Of a stretch of DNA of 64,000 nt, positions 1 through 13,602 are shown piece after piece (within the stretch, counting starts at the first letter, position 1; the number at the start of each line of letters is the position of its first letter). The DNA comes from Hydrolagus colliei (taxonomy: Eukaryota). A program made the translations under genes and the position numbers. Below the pieces are notes generated by a model. It had not been told where the DNA came from and did not search any database. It was given only the letters and a program-made list of their open reading frames with translations. The DNA lies in the NCBI GenBank assembly GCA_035084275.1, contig CM068746.1, positions 31,186,001 through 31,250,000 on the forward strand. The letters run 5' to 3'.

Positions 1-74
1 TTGTATTTTGAAATCTTGCCAGTACTAGGGAGTTACCGGTTTTCAGAATGCCAGATTATCGAGATTTTACTGTA
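1..74. mobile_element. End of a Tc1/mariner (pogo/Tigger-like) DNA transposon or MITE
   Basis: The minus strand reads TA-CAGTAAAATCTCGATAATCTGGCA, a typical pogo-type TIR start with a TA target site. The other end is outside the window. Confidence 0.5.
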
Positions 75-84
75 CACCAATGTT

Positions 85-210
85 AGAGGCTGAACGGGGT
101 TCCGGGATAGGGCAGAGAAGTGAACTTTAAAATACAAGTTGCTCTGAGAGCTAATGTAGAATCAGTGGGCCAAGTAGCCTCCTCTGCACTGTAAATTTAT
201 ATGATTCAAT
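85..210 (+). mobile_element. CR1 LINE 3' tail fragment
   Basis: gggccaagtagcctcctctgcactgtaaatttatatgattc resembles the CR1 tails at 26530-26580 and 54815-54860. Confidence 0.55.
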
Positions 211-2070
211 AATAAACTCATATGCAATGACAATCTATATTCTCAGTAGCCAAGGGGCCTGAATTAAATCAGTAAATCAGGTTCTGTCTGTGGAGAAAGA
301 CAAAAATGAAGCTATATTAGATTTAACTGGCAGAGTAAAGTGCTAAATAACCTTAAATGTAAAACATTGGACCTTTGATCACTCATTTTCAATCATTTTT
401 AGTGGATGTATGCAGCACTGCACAACTATGAAATAAGGCAAATTTGTTTCATATTTTCATGGTCAGCAGTACCATCTCATGGTCACATTGAGAACTGACC
501 AAATAGGGCTTGAATAATCTGAACCATAAATTAATCACACACTTGTCAGTTTCCTCCAAATTCAATGTGAAAAGCATGTCCAATAATAATACAGTACTTG
601 CACCATAATATAGCATTTTCATGTCATCGAGGCATCTCAAAGTATTTCACAGAATATACTGGAAAATGAATTGACTGAATTAATGTAAACACAACTGTCT
701 TATCTTGTGTGTTTGGAAGAAAGCTGAAACACTCGTTAGATTAAAAGACTTCCACAAGATTCTCAAGATGCTTGTCCTGATCAGGTCTGTCTGATTAGGT
801 TGTCTGAATCCTTCCACCATGTTCCATTGAGAACAAAAGATATTTTTCTGAGGGATATTTTACCAAATCTACAGAAGGAATTGTGAAGGTATCACATTTA
901 GGTGAGTTAGATTATCGCAGAACGTGGAGATGAATCACCTCCACATCACCTCCACATCACCATTCCAGAGTGCTACAGAATAGACTTTAACCAATGTAAT
1001 ATGTTTATATGAAAAAGAAAGCTTAGTTTAAAGTATCAAACTTTCAGTGATTGCCAACTGTTTCATTGCAACACCATTCTGTCTTGCCAGGCTCAAGCAT
1101 TCCACAGAAAGTGTAATCACTATGTATTTTGTAGACTATTTAGCCCATCTGCTCTCAGTGAAACATATACTTTCAAGCTCAGTTCTCTGCCCTGTACCCA
1201 TACCCTTTAGACTTCTAACTTTGATGTACCCATTTACTTCGCTCTTGAAACCCACAGTGGATTGTTTCATGGGAGCTGTGCGAAAGCTTTTTTTTTTACA
1301 AGCATCTCTACAATGGAGAAAGAGGAATTGCACCAAGGGCCAGTTCAAAAACTGTTATTAAAAGTTACATTTAATATTCAATAAAGTGAAAGAAAATTGG
1401 CATAGGCCACATCTTAGACTGCCTTGTCCCTTCCTTGTTAGTTTAATTTCTCTTGGACAAAAGGCATTTCGACAATAACAACAAAATTACTTAATGTCAG
1501 GAGGACATCCCAAGATGCTGACATTTCACCCACAAAATACACTTTACAATACATTCTGTGAAGTGTTTTTAATATCAAATGCAAGGATTATTACTATTAA
1601 TTGCTTTCATCTACTTTGACAGTTACCCTCAGTAGCTGGGATTAACTCATGGGGAAAAGTGTGAATAACTAGAACAGCATCTAAAAATAAGCTGTCTTCT
1701 TGCACAGCCACATGCGCATAAGTTGACTTTCTGTACCTTCAGAAAATATTTCTAAAATATTGATGATGCAAATTTACAAAAAATCTGTAATAAATATAAA
1801 CTTGGCAAGATTTCTTATCCAACCAAACCACTGCAATAATGTACATCTTAGAAATACAAACATACAAATACTGACATCTGAGCTGCAAATGTTTATTTCC
1901 AAAGCTTACTCTTCACAGTGGCTGATTAGCAGGATTTTAAAGGAAAGTTGAGAGGCAAACAAGCCATCAAGGTTCCACACTGGCTCGACAATGGGGAGTA
2001 TGCATCCATGTAGATTGATGTGGTTAAGATAAGAAGATGGAGCCAAGTAGGAGGGCCTTGGTTGACATTC

Positions 2071-2358
2071 AATAATAATAATTATTGCATTTAATGTAGC
2101 ACTTTTCATGTGTTTTAGAAATCTCAAAGCACTTCACAGAATATAGGTACTATAATGTGAATTGACTGACTATTTGTCAGCGAAACTCAGCAGCCAATTG
2201 TGCACAGCAGTGTCCCACAATCAGTCATGGATTGAAGTGACCAATTTTTTTTATCCTGAGAGATTATTATCAAGCATGTGGAGTAAGGAAATTTGCCCAA
2301 GGTTTTCCCTGGCTGGGAATCGAACCCAGGTCTTTTGTTTGAGTGCTCTAACCACTAA
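2071..2358 (-). mobile_element. tRNA-derived SINE (family A), near full length
   Basis: Minus strand shows A box TAGTGGTTAGAGC, B box GGTTCGATTCC, the shared body and an (ATT)n tail. Homologous to 26809-27168. Confidence 0.85.
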
Positions 2359-2499
2359 GGATGGGTACCTGTGGAATGCCAGATATAACAGTGCGGGGAC
2401 AGAAGATGAAACCGTTTTCAGATATGAGAAATTAAACCAACAAGGAAGGGACAAGGTAGTCTAAGATGTGCCCTATGCCAATTTTCTATCACTTTATTG

Positions 2500-3000
2500 A
2501 ATATTAAATATAATTTGTAATCACTGAGATGTTGTGATAGATAAGAATGAAAGAAGGAAGGTGAAGTCCTTGTGGTAAAAGGGCCAGAGGTGCATGAACG
2601 CAGCAGAGAGGTAGTGGGGAGGACAATTGTTTTCCAGAGGTGAAAAGAGGTGGAAGTAGATTGGGTGACACAGAGTGAATGGAGGAGTTTTGGAAGACGA
2701 AGCAATGGTCCTAGGTAGTTTTATCAATAATGGTAATGTCTCAGACTGTGAGTCTCCAGATAATCATCAGGTCAAGGGAGTTACCATGCAGGTGGGTGGT
2801 GAAGTTCAGGTAGAAGGAGAGGTTGAGATAAGAGAAAGGGGAAGAGAAGTTAGCGGGGCTGGAACAAGAAGGGGAGAAGTAGAGATTGAAGTTGTTCAGG
2901 ATGACAGGCGTTCGGAGCGGAGGCTTATGGAAGATGAAAGGGTAGAGATGTTGGAGAGCAAAGCGCTGGAGAGCTTTGGGATATGATAGATAAAGGGATA
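2500..3000 (-). mobile_element. L2-like LINE ORF2 endonuclease relic
   Basis: Minus-strand CT-rich text with a LDLMII motif (cf. TLDLVI) followed by *DHCFV (cf. SDH), typical of the AP-endonuclease C-terminus. Disrupted. Confidence 0.55.
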
Positions 3001-4419
3001 CATCAATTGGAGACGGTTGTGTTATGAGGTACTATCAGGGTTTGCCCTATTCTATTAGTCGTCAAAAACAAACCCCCCCCCCCCACTGTAATGTGTATGT
3101 GAATGCCTGATAAACATATAACTGGTTTGCCAATAAGGATAATCCTAACTGAGAATATGGTACGAGCAGTGAATGTGAACCAGAGCAGACTAAAATGTAA
3201 GGACAGTTGAGGGGTTTCTGAAAGCATTTCCTAAAGGATGTGCTGTAGCTATCTCATGTGATTCTTCTATAGAGTTTGCTTATTGATGAAATATGTTTGA
3301 ACCTGAAGTGTAATATTCAAGCCTTGCTAACTGGACCATTGTATCTCCGGAGGTAACAAAGTGACTTCAAAATAGAGAGAACGTGCTGTATGAAGGTACC
3401 AGAAAAGTGTAACATAGTGGGGTGGTCAGACTGAAGTGCCTTCAGGGGTGATCTAGGGTTTTGTGAAAAAACAATATAGACAATTAGTGAAGGTGGGTGG
3501 AGGGAATATTGCAGGCCTAAAAAAATGAATATCTGACAGTGTTTATCACTCATAATTGACCAGGAAGAATAGATTTGGATTCATTTGATTCCACTTCATT
3601 GGAAAATAATGTCATTTCACAGTAACCATTTTATGAAACATTTGGTTTTCAAAAAGGAAATCAAATATACTCTAGTTACTATACTTTTGAAGGGCTTCAG
3701 GGATAAAGTAACAACAACAACAACAAAATTACATTTGTATAGTGCCTTTCATGTCAGGAGGATGTAACAAGGGACTGAGCTATATGAAACAAATGGGCTT
3801 ATTGGGACCAGTAGTCTTTCATACATCTTTCATGAATAAAAAAAAAATTAAGTCTTCTAAATATTATCTCAGTAATGCAGTATTTTCTCCCCAATTAGCA
3901 AAATGATTTCAACATCCCACAGAGTTCAATGGGTTGAACATCAACCAGACTTAGGACAGGAGAGTTCTGATTTCTAATTCCATTCAGTCCACTGTTTTGA
4001 GCATCACATCTAAAGAAATATCTAGGCGAGGTGAGAAAAATTATAAGATGGATCTCCTTGGGAATTACCATCTCTGAAGAGACATGACAGACATCTGTAA
4101 AGTAAATCCAAGTCAAACTGAGATGTCTCATGTCCTCAATTTTGCAAACCAAAGCCTAAAGGGTAAAGAGGCCTTAGCTAGAAAGTCTGTAACACATAGT
4201 CAACCCTATTTTGACAATTCTAATTAAAAGGTAGTATTTCAGTTTGGCAACGATTGCACCAATAAAATAGATTTGAAACAAAAAATCGTATGAACAATAA
4301 ATAATTGTTATAAAGAAACAATTTCCCCAAAAAGGTACTACAAAAGGAAGAACTTGCATTTATATAGCCCCTTTCATGTGGGATAATGTCTCGGAGCACA
4401 AACGGATATTCATACACCT

Positions 4420-4530
4420 TCGCCCGCAAAATATACAGTCAATTCACTTTACGGTATATTCTGTGAAGGCCTTTGAGAGATTTCAATGATATGATCAGGC
4501 GATATATAAAATACAAGGATTATTATTACG
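4420..4530 (+). mobile_element. SINE family A 3' fragment
   Basis: atatacagtcaattcacttt...gtgaaggcctttgaga...caaggattattatt. Confidence 0.8.
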
Positions 4531-4664
4531 AAATAAGCTGTGACATGGTGGTGAAAACTGAGTTCAAGGATTACAGTGGTATATTGAGCATCAAATTACA
4601 CGGTATTAGCATTAGATTACACGGTACTGAGCAGTGAAGGTTGAACAGTGCGATAAATAAGTCG

Positions 4665-4683
4665 TTGCACTAGATGGCAGCGT
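4665..4683 (+). promoter_or_regulatory. CTCF-like motif
   Basis: TTGCACTAGATGGCAGCGT versus core consensus CCACYAGRKGGCRS (one core mismatch). It sits at the start of the CpG-rich domain. Confidence 0.45.
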
Positions 4684-5499
4684 TGGCCTTCGTTGCAAAC
4701 CTTACCCCCCCCCCCTAGCTGGAGTTGTGGCAATACTGCTCAGTCACCAAACGAGGACGCTGCCTCCAACAAGAAAAGAACACTCCCATCACCCCCACAC
4801 AAAACAAGGGTTTCAAAATGTTCCGAAAGACAGACAGACAGACGGACAGGGATGGAAAATCACAAGGTCGACGTTTCCGCGAATATCAATGGATTTGATA
4901 TGAATATATAAATTAATCCGTGAAAATGCGGCGAAATCACCTCTCATTTCATAAAATGGCACTTATTGAGTTATTTCCGTGCAAATGTCAGCGATTTCTG
5001 CAGATGGTAACCTCCAGCATGCAGATCCACTCGCTGCCTGTTTAAAACGCACTGAGGGCTTATCCCTGCACCACACAAGACGAGGGCTGTCATGAAACGC
5101 CGCATAAATGCGCTTGCAATTCCCCTTCTACGGTATTGCACGTTGAACCCAAACACTCGTGTGGACAGATGTTAAGAACCATCTCCATCAGTCGTGGCTG
5201 CAAATGCAATGTAATGGAAACGAGTGAAAACAAATAGACATAAAACGAATAGCACTGTGTCTGGGTTGAGAATCAGCGGGAAGGCTGATGAACTCGGTTC
5301 CATCGTGGCAAACGATTATCGCAAGGAAGAGAAAGAAAGTCCGATTGGAGATGGAGGGTGGAATGAGGGAAGTTTGATATCAAATTAAAATCAGCAAGGA
5401 GAGAGATAACGCTGGGAGAAGGCGAGGCAGGGTGACAAGTCACGCGTTGGGAGGGTGTGGAGGGGGTGGGGGGGGGGGGGGGGGGGGGAAGAAAGTGAC

Positions 5500-6010
5500 T
5501 GTAATATAGAAAAAGATAGAGCGAGAGAGGCTGTAATACAGCCAATGAGACATTGTGATGTACAGTGAGAGAGATGGTGAAACTCAGTGAGAGAGATTAC
5601 ATTACAGACAGTGAGAGATTGTGATACAGACAGTGAGAGATTATGATATACACGGTGAGAGATTGTGAGATACAAGTGAGAGAGATTGTGATACAAGAGC
5701 AACAACAAAATGACACGGGTGTAGTGTCCTTCACGTCGGGGTGATGTCCCAATGCGCTGGACATCAGTGTTTCGTACTCGAGCTGGGTACAGACATTGAC
5801 AGAGGCTGTAGTGTAGATAGTGAGAAAGGTTGCTACACACGCTGTAGTGTAGCACTAACGGATGCTATAATATACACAGTGGGGGGGCTGCAATACTGAC
5901 AAAGAGAGGCTAACATGCAGATACTCACAGAGAGCTGTAACACAGCAGTGAGAGAGGCTGTTGTATACACAGTGGGGGAGAGAGACTGACTAATTTAGAC
6001 GGTGAGATTG
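5500..6010 (+). repeat. Degenerate ~22-nt minisatellite
   Basis: Repeated variants of gtgatacagacagtgagagatt (5555-5700) and gagaggctgtaatacacagt-like units (5500-5545, 5790-6010). Confidence 0.65.
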
Positions 6011-6049
6011 GCGAAAGATAGCGTATCAAGTTGCAATGTAAAAGTTTAC

Positions 6050-6150
6050 CCCACAAATATACAGTCGGCTCACTTTACAGTATATTCCTTGAAGCGCTTT
6101 GAGGACGTGATAAGGTGTGTGTATCAAAAGGAAGGATTCTTATTATTATT
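6050..6150 (+). mobile_element. SINE family A 3' fragment
   Basis: cccacaaatatacagtcggctcactttacagtatattc...ggattcttattattatt. Confidence 0.8.
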
Positions 6151-7044
6151 AACAGCAAGGAGTGCATTGCACAGAAACTGTTGATCAATAGTACAATATA
6201 ACAGATCATCACATATCTACCAGGACCAGATACAAGTGACAGTAAAGGAATACATTTCAATTCCACCGCATCAAGGAAGGTGCCATGGGAAATGGTCAAT
6301 CCAAGGCTGTAGATAATCTATATGATTATTTGCGGCACATCAAAGCAGGAAGCCATAGATCAGCCATCACTTAAACACCTCCCTTTCGCGTTATGTTGGG
6401 AAGGTTCAGCCCGATGTAGAAAGTTACTGATTTCTCCAGCGTTAATAAGCAATCTGCTTATCTCTCTCACCTACAGGCGGTCGGGTTGACACCTTTCATT
6501 GGATTAACGAGGCAGTGGGAAGTGCCAGGCAGCACAGTCAGTGCCTGACACTTTCTCCGAAGCCTTTCTCAAGCCACCTGGGATCCCGGGAGAGTGAGTG
6601 TGTGACAATACAGGCGACAATCTACACAGATTATTAAATACACAACCAGAACTGCTTCCTCATAAATAGCCTCAAATAATAGGATGGTGGTGGGGGGGGG
6701 GGGGGGGAGCTGTGATGTATAATAGTCTCATTTTCTCCATGCATAAATAGTTCTGCCAGAAGACACACATTGGCACATTACCTCAGCATGATATTGTTTA
6801 TGTTGTATATATAAGTATATATACAATATAAAGTATATTGCATATATTAGAAAATAATCGAAATTTATCCACTCGTGCAAATATTTTCTCGCAAAATAAA
6901 ACATCTAAGCGAAACAGAAATCGAAGTCATTTGGTTTTAAACTCTCACACCACTGCACCTGTATTCTCTGTGCCGCACATCTCTGTTTCTTTCTGAGGGG
7001 AAAAGATTGGAAAATTCTCTCTCTCTCACTCTCTCTATATATAT

Positions 7045-7140
7045 AGATATAATCCTTGCATTTGATGTAGTGCCTTATCCCGACGTCGAGACGTCTCAAA
7101 GCGCTTCACGGGCTATGCTGTAAAAGTGGACGGATGGTTT
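7045..7140 (-). mobile_element. SINE family A 3' fragment
   Basis: ataatccttgcatttgatgtagtgc...tctcaaagcgcttcac is the reverse complement of the family tail. Confidence 0.75.
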
Positions 7141-8037
7141 ATTTTATGGGCGAAAATGAATCAAATAAATGTAACGAACCCACACACACACACATATACA
7201 TTACACACTGGAGGAAGAAACCATCATAGTGTTGCAATGCTTTGCTCGGGATAACCTCAGGATGACAGATCCCGTCACATTGTTTTTGGCATGGAAGGAA
7301 GGGCTTTTTTTCCCCCCCAAACACAAGTCACACGTGTTTTGATATGAGCTACGGGCAGCAGCCTGCACAGGCAACCATTGCGCTATCTTGATTTATTAGA
7401 GGCGTATCTCTCCTTCTGCATCTCTCTTGTATTTTCTCTCCCTCCACCTCTCTCCTTTGTGACGGTCGTATCATTCTGCAGCTACCTACACCGGCAGGTA
7501 AACGCTGATCGCCAGGAGGAGGTCGATGTCGACGAGTTATTAGCTTCCCCCAAACCCCCCCTCCCTCCCCTCCCTCCCTATCCATACCCCCCCACCCCCC
7601 CTCAAACCCACTCCAAACAGAATCGCTTTCAACTACCCAACAGTTAAAAAGATTCCAGGTAGAGCTGAGCGCTGGAGAAGTCGTGACAAGTAACAACACA
7701 TGCAATGCAATGCCTGAGCAGATCTGGAATAAGCCGCTGGTGTCCTCTCTTGGTTGTACTGCGGAATCAATCTGTTTCCCTCTCTTCATGTGAACTGAAT
7801 ACAAATGGGGAAGAGATCCACATGGAATTGGAAGGATATTGGTGTCCCATCACTGATACTGCGCAAGGGAACAGGTTCAGCAGTGATCTGAGCTTCGCCT
7901 GACCGCTGAAATTGGCTGCCAGATCTGCCTCTGTGTGTGTGTGTGTGAGATTTTGTGTTTGTATTTGTCGTGGCTTGTTTTTTTTTGTAACATTATCACA
8001 CACTTTGGGCTTTCCGGCGAATCCCTGATTCTGGAAC

Positions 8038-8108
8038 ATGCACAGGAACTTCCGAAGGTGGATTTTGTATGTCCTTCTCTGCCTGGGTCTCATCTATATC
8101 AAGTTAGG
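8038..8108 (+). CDS. WNT7B: Wnt7b alternative first coding exon 1a (MHR-type signal peptide)
   Basis: ATG at 8038 reads MHRNFRRWILYVLLCLGLIYIKLG, matching the recalled vertebrate WNT7B N-terminus (MHRNFRKWIFYVFLCFG...). It is 71 nt and ends GG|gtaagt, a canonical phase-2 donor that joins exon 2 in frame. Confidence 0.96.
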
Positions 8109-9763
8109 GTAAGTGGTGTAAACAAAAACAACTTTTGTTATCAATTAATCTTGAATTTATGCTAAAAATAATTTCGATCGAGATACCTTCTGACTTCTAG
8201 TACCGAGCGAAAAAAGTATGTACATACTGTATATGTTTAAATTATACTAATGTGTCTTTAGGAGATATTTTCAAATGTGATCTAAGTCGATGATGGAGCT
8301 GGGGTTGAATTTTTTTCCCTCTTTCGAAAAATATAAATCAATTATTATGAGATCTAAACAATTTCCAAGTCACAGGTCCGGACAGAATCGCCGATGCGAT
8401 CCATCAAACATACGTGTTGAAATGTACCTGACAACTGGTTCGCCTGCCCTCCTCTGATGTAACAAAATTGGGGGGGGGGGGGCTAGCTGTTACACATTCC
8501 AACTCCGACAATATGTCGATATATATAAACGCTATAGACAACTGTGAGAGAAACGAAATCTGCCATTTCAACTGCGAATAAGGGTCTGCATTTTAACACG
8601 TTAACGAGGCTTTTGTGGTGTAGAACAGGAAGGCTGTTCTGTGATGAATTTTTGGCAACTCTCTTTTTGCCTCTATGCCCTTATTAGTTGCCAGGCTGAG
8701 TTGCATTACCACATTCCTCAGCGCTAACCCAACAGTCCCGATTTGTTAGAATGCGCTGCTACCTGTTTTCCCCTCTGAACTCAAATAGTTTTGGCTGCTA
8801 CATAGCTGTGGGATTTTGCATGAAGAATGCACAAAAGTGTGTTTTTTTGTATTAAAAAGTCTGCTAAACCTCACCTCTCTTTTTTAAAACAAAAGAAATG
8901 GCGATGACTCTGGTAATTGTACGGATATTTAGGTGATGTTTCCCCCGTGAAGTGAAACATGTCGGTTTGATGTAAACCGAAAGACACACATTCGCGTGGG
9001 TAAAGAGGTGGTCGTTACTGTGTGTTTGGGGGGGGGGGGGGGGAATGGAAGAGAATCACGCCACATCAAACATACGCGACACTCGGGAAATCTCCAATTA
9101 AACCGCAACAAATCCTCCAGATTTAAACCACCGTTCCGGGTTCAGACCCAATGACTTTATGAAATTGATGAAAAAAAACCCTCCCCAAAGAACATCGCCT
9201 GAATTCTTGAGGATTTCACCATAATACATGGTACCAGAGGCTTTGTCTCTGCATGTCCTCTCACCTGGGAACAGCTTTACCAACGTGACTTAGCCCTCAG
9301 TCACACCGAGCTGCTAACCTCAGTGTATTTTACCTGGGCTTTCATCCTTTCCACAGCGCGTTCATTTAGTTTCAATTAAAAACCATTTGAGGAACGACCC
9401 AGGAAGCGGCTCCAGGTATCAATCTGTTTCTATGAGAGCTTCTGATCACATCTTAACACAAACCATTTGCAGTCGAGATACGGGGTGCGGGAGGAACCGC
9501 GACCTATCCGCTTTCTGCCATCGATATTTACCAGAATATTAGACTTCAGAGAAGCTGCTTTCTGTCAGACTCCGGAAAAGTTGTTCCAGTTTGATCCGGG
9601 GACACTGGGTATCTATCCTGCTGTGTATCAAGCGCTTTAGAGGAAGTAATTGAGGTGTGTGTGTGTCTGTGCGTGGGTTTGATTAAATTAACCAGCCAGA
9701 CTCCTGCGTGATAGAACTTGCTTCACTGACATTTTAAGCCTATTCCTCTTCGCCTGATTTAAC

Positions 9764-9785
9764 TATATATATATATATATATATA
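9764..9785. repeat. (TA)n microsatellite
   Basis: Directly visible. Confidence 0.9.
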
Positions 9786-12700
9786 CATACATCTCGAATG
9801 CTCCCAGCCTGGGTCACAGGCCCTGATCGCAAATACCTGAAAAAGCCTGTTGTTTCGTTACACTGCCCGCAGCCACGCGTGGTTTATTTAATGTTGAGAC
9901 CTCCACGTCTTCCCAATCGCTGCGTGGTGTCCGCGTTGCGGAAATTCGCGTTGCGATGATCAAAGATAGACAGAGTGTGAAAAGGAAACTGCACGCGTGC
10001 GCTCACCAGGTGGAAATGCGCTCTGACCGCGTCTTTCAAACCGGGTCATTCATTCATATATATTCTGTAGCCAGACACCCGATGTCTGGATACTGCTGGG
10101 CAGTGAAATCCCCTAGCACAACACGCATAGTGCTGGGATCACTTGTAATCTGGGCTCCCCCCCCCCCCCCCTCCCCCCTCTCCCCACCAAACACGCAGAG
10201 GCCAAATATTTGTTTACATGAATCTTTTGATCCTGTATTGTTATAATACTGGGGAGGGAGGGTAAGGAGAGAAAAGGCTTTCGCAAAACACACATTTACG
10301 CAGCGTATCCATCATATCCAGTTGTCACACTTGTTCTCTGAGGAGCAATTTTAGCCAGGATATCTATCCAAGCCCAGCGAAGACAATAGCTCCGTTTTTC
10401 TCAACATTGATGCAAGGATTATTATAGTAGTAGTAGTAGTAGTTTACACACCGCGTCCTACCGGACATGGTAATTAATAGCTGCATCCCGATTTGAGTAT
10501 AAACGAGCGTGCGGAAAATCAAACTTAAAATATATAAAACTGTAGATCAGGGCTGTCCTTAACCGGCTGCAACTATTACTCAACACAGACAGGTCGGTGT
10601 TACTGCGATTCAGGCCCCACTGACTGTGGGAAGTGTATGAGGGCGTTACAGGAACGAAAACTGCAAGATGTGAAGGAGAAATATTCGATGGCTATTCTAG
10701 ACAATAAAGGACTTTCTTTTTTAAAAAAAGCAATTCACGAAATTATTTCAGATAAAGGTAGGTTAGTGTTCGGTTTCAAAGCCTCTCGAGTTCTTTATTA
10801 CTATGGAAAACGCCTCTGAATGATCAGATAACCTTGGAGGAGGGGATCTAGACGCCCCGAGCCACGTCTTCACATCGAGATGGTCAATTTCACAAAGAGT
10901 CAATGTGGCTGCTGTGATTTATTGTACAGTTGTGGTCCTTTGAGTTTCTAATATATTAATATCCAGGGCACTTTCGTCAAGAATGTATTTATGAACCTCA
11001 GGTTCGGTTTGATTCAGTTTATTTCAAAGCAACGGATTTCCAAAAAAACAACAAATTAACGACTGGATATTAATAAATGAGTAAATCGCTGATATGGGGC
11101 TTGAGGTCAAATGAGTTTGAGCTTGTGTTATGTAATGAAATTGACTGCATCACACGCGTAAAATCCCACCGCAATCCCCTCCAGATACATAGTAAGGAAC
11201 TCTCCGAGCTTCTCTCGTGTGGACACATCACTCCAGCAATCAGCCTCACACCACATCGCCATCAATGACACGCTGCAAAGAAGTGCAACCCTTATCTGTT
11301 TGTGGGCTTTATATTATGAGGGATAACGGGAAAGTAAAGGCTGTTCTGTAAACAGCATCTAGCAGCAACGCTGAAACGCACAGCTCTTAAAACAGCATCA
11401 CGTACCTTGTTGGCTCAAACCATGAGAAGTAATTAACCCAAAGGTATGTGTCAGGTCTAACCACATCTCACACCTGGTCGAAAATAATTCCAGAAATGAT
11501 GTATCGGGTGCCCAGGGCTTTATATGGCAAGAACGGACAGGAAAGTCTATCGATTAAATCACTAAGTAAATTCGTGTATGTTCTTCTAATCATCGGCCGA
11601 GAGACTATTGCAGGTTCGATAGTTTTAAGGGAAAGGTGAAACATCATGAAATGGGAAATGTTTCCACCACAGATTAATCCGAATGTTTCAAGTGCAATTG
11701 TGGTGGGATGGTGTGTCTCTGACCTAATACATCTCTGTCAGAGAGACCGAAGCTACATTTAAAGAGTACCTGTCTGCCCTACTGTGTAAATTACCGGCCC
11801 GTGACTTCAACCTATTAAGATATCACCCAAACCGTTGAAGGCAAAGTCCCCAGCTCTCATTTCTCCCCAGTCTAGTATGTCACGGCCTCACTGGACAATT
11901 TCTGCAACAAAAAAAAAGTTTCAACAAGTTATGTGATGGAGCTGAAAAAATAATCTTAAATCATTCTTGAATCGCACAAAGTTTATGATTCCCTGTTATT
12001 CACTCTAGCTGACTTCTAGCTTAATGAGAAGGTTCTGAATTATAAATTATAGCATTGTACACAGCGCTGACTGGATCATTGTTAGGCTCCTGGTCAGAAA
12101 ACTAACAGGTTACTTATTGAAATGGGTAAGGAGAACATTGCAATTTGCTGAAGCTGTCATCGCCACCCTCTGATCAATGGTACTGACATGTACCTGGCCG
12201 GGTGAATCACACCAACAGAACTGCTTCAAACAGTACCGCTGGTCAGGTTCAGAAATGGTCAATCTGTCAACCATCACCTCCTATCTCTTTACATCCTCTC
12301 CCCACCTCCCACCCCCAACACAGACAAACGGAATTGAAGACAATTTAAGTGGCTCTTGATAAACTGATAGCGGGATACACATTTACTGTGCAGTATCACC
12401 ATAACCATGACAAAACCACGCTCCCCTCCCACCCATTTCTGTTTAGCTCCAACTAAATGGTAGCTTGAGTTGTACAAGGCGAAGATGCTACTGGAACTGG
12501 GGACGGCTCCAGAGAAACATCACTGGATGGAGACACATATCTTTCTACAGGAAGCAAAGTACCAGAAGCGACATCACAAAGTTGCTCAGATCGTAAAGAC
12601 ATTCAGTTTCATCCCTTTGCTGTTCAGGGACTAGGTCTAGACGTTTTGAATAGAAAATAGGACCAATCACGCAAAAGGATGTATATCTGATCTTGAGTGG

Positions 12701-13429
12701 ATCCCAAAGTTTTACCTCAGCAGTTTCAGTCAATCTCTCAGTCTTGCACCAACACACCTTCTGTACGTGTAGCTTTTATTGAGTTATCTATATACAAATC
12801 ACTCTTCAGTATTTCATAGCAGATTTGTTTTTCTCCCCCACATCACCGTTTTCGGCCATTGTAGCCCTTCCTGGTATGGTAGAACAATTGAACCACATTT
12901 CCAGTTAAATAAAGTTGAAGCCCAATTAAAATAACCTTTAAATATTTTTAAAAAAACAACATTGTTTCTGTTACATGTAGCAAAAACACAAAACCAATAG
13001 AATGCAGGTGGGGTACACGATTTAGCTCCACTTAGAAGTAAAAGGCCATTCCTTATTGCCAATTTTTACCACAAGAGAACACTATCTGCTGCCAAAAAAG
13101 ACACTGTAATAACGCCTTTTATAGAACAAAGTATATGTAAGGTAAAGTGCATGTGCTCAAAACACTTATTCCATCCTCCACTGCAGTAAAAAATGATAAC
13201 GGTGGCCATTATTATTGTGACCCTTAAACACATTCAAATTCTCACGGTGAATTTGTTTCTTAAAGGTGATTAGATATAAAATTCCAAATTCTCTGCTGTA
13301 CACTCTCCACCTGACCGTATTTAATCTGGTGGAGCCCACCACTAAAAACCCCCACCAATCACACACACAGACCAGTAACGTCAGTACTCTGTTGTGATGG
13401 ACAAGCTATAAGCTATAACACAATAATAA

Positions 13430-13602
13430 AATTGGTCATTCACTCCACGACTGTTGGTGGGACACTGCTGTGCGCAATTGGCTGCCGCGATTCGCCCACA
13501 AATATACAGTCAATTCACTTTACAGTATATTCTGTGAAGCGCTTTGGGACGTCGATAGATGTGAAAAGCGCTATATCAATGCAAGGATTATTATTATTAT
13601 TA
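13430..13602 (+). mobile_element. SINE family A 3' half, well preserved
   Basis: attggtcattcactccacgactgttggtgggacactgctgtgcgcaattggctgcc...aagcgctatatcaatgcaaggattattattattatt. Confidence 0.88.

Noticed and set aside
1-8000. let-7 microRNA cluster that lies upstream of mammalian WNT7B
   Set aside because: No TGAGGTAGTAGGTTG-type mature sequence or hairpin seen; gaggtagtgggga near 2610 is inside an L2 relic.
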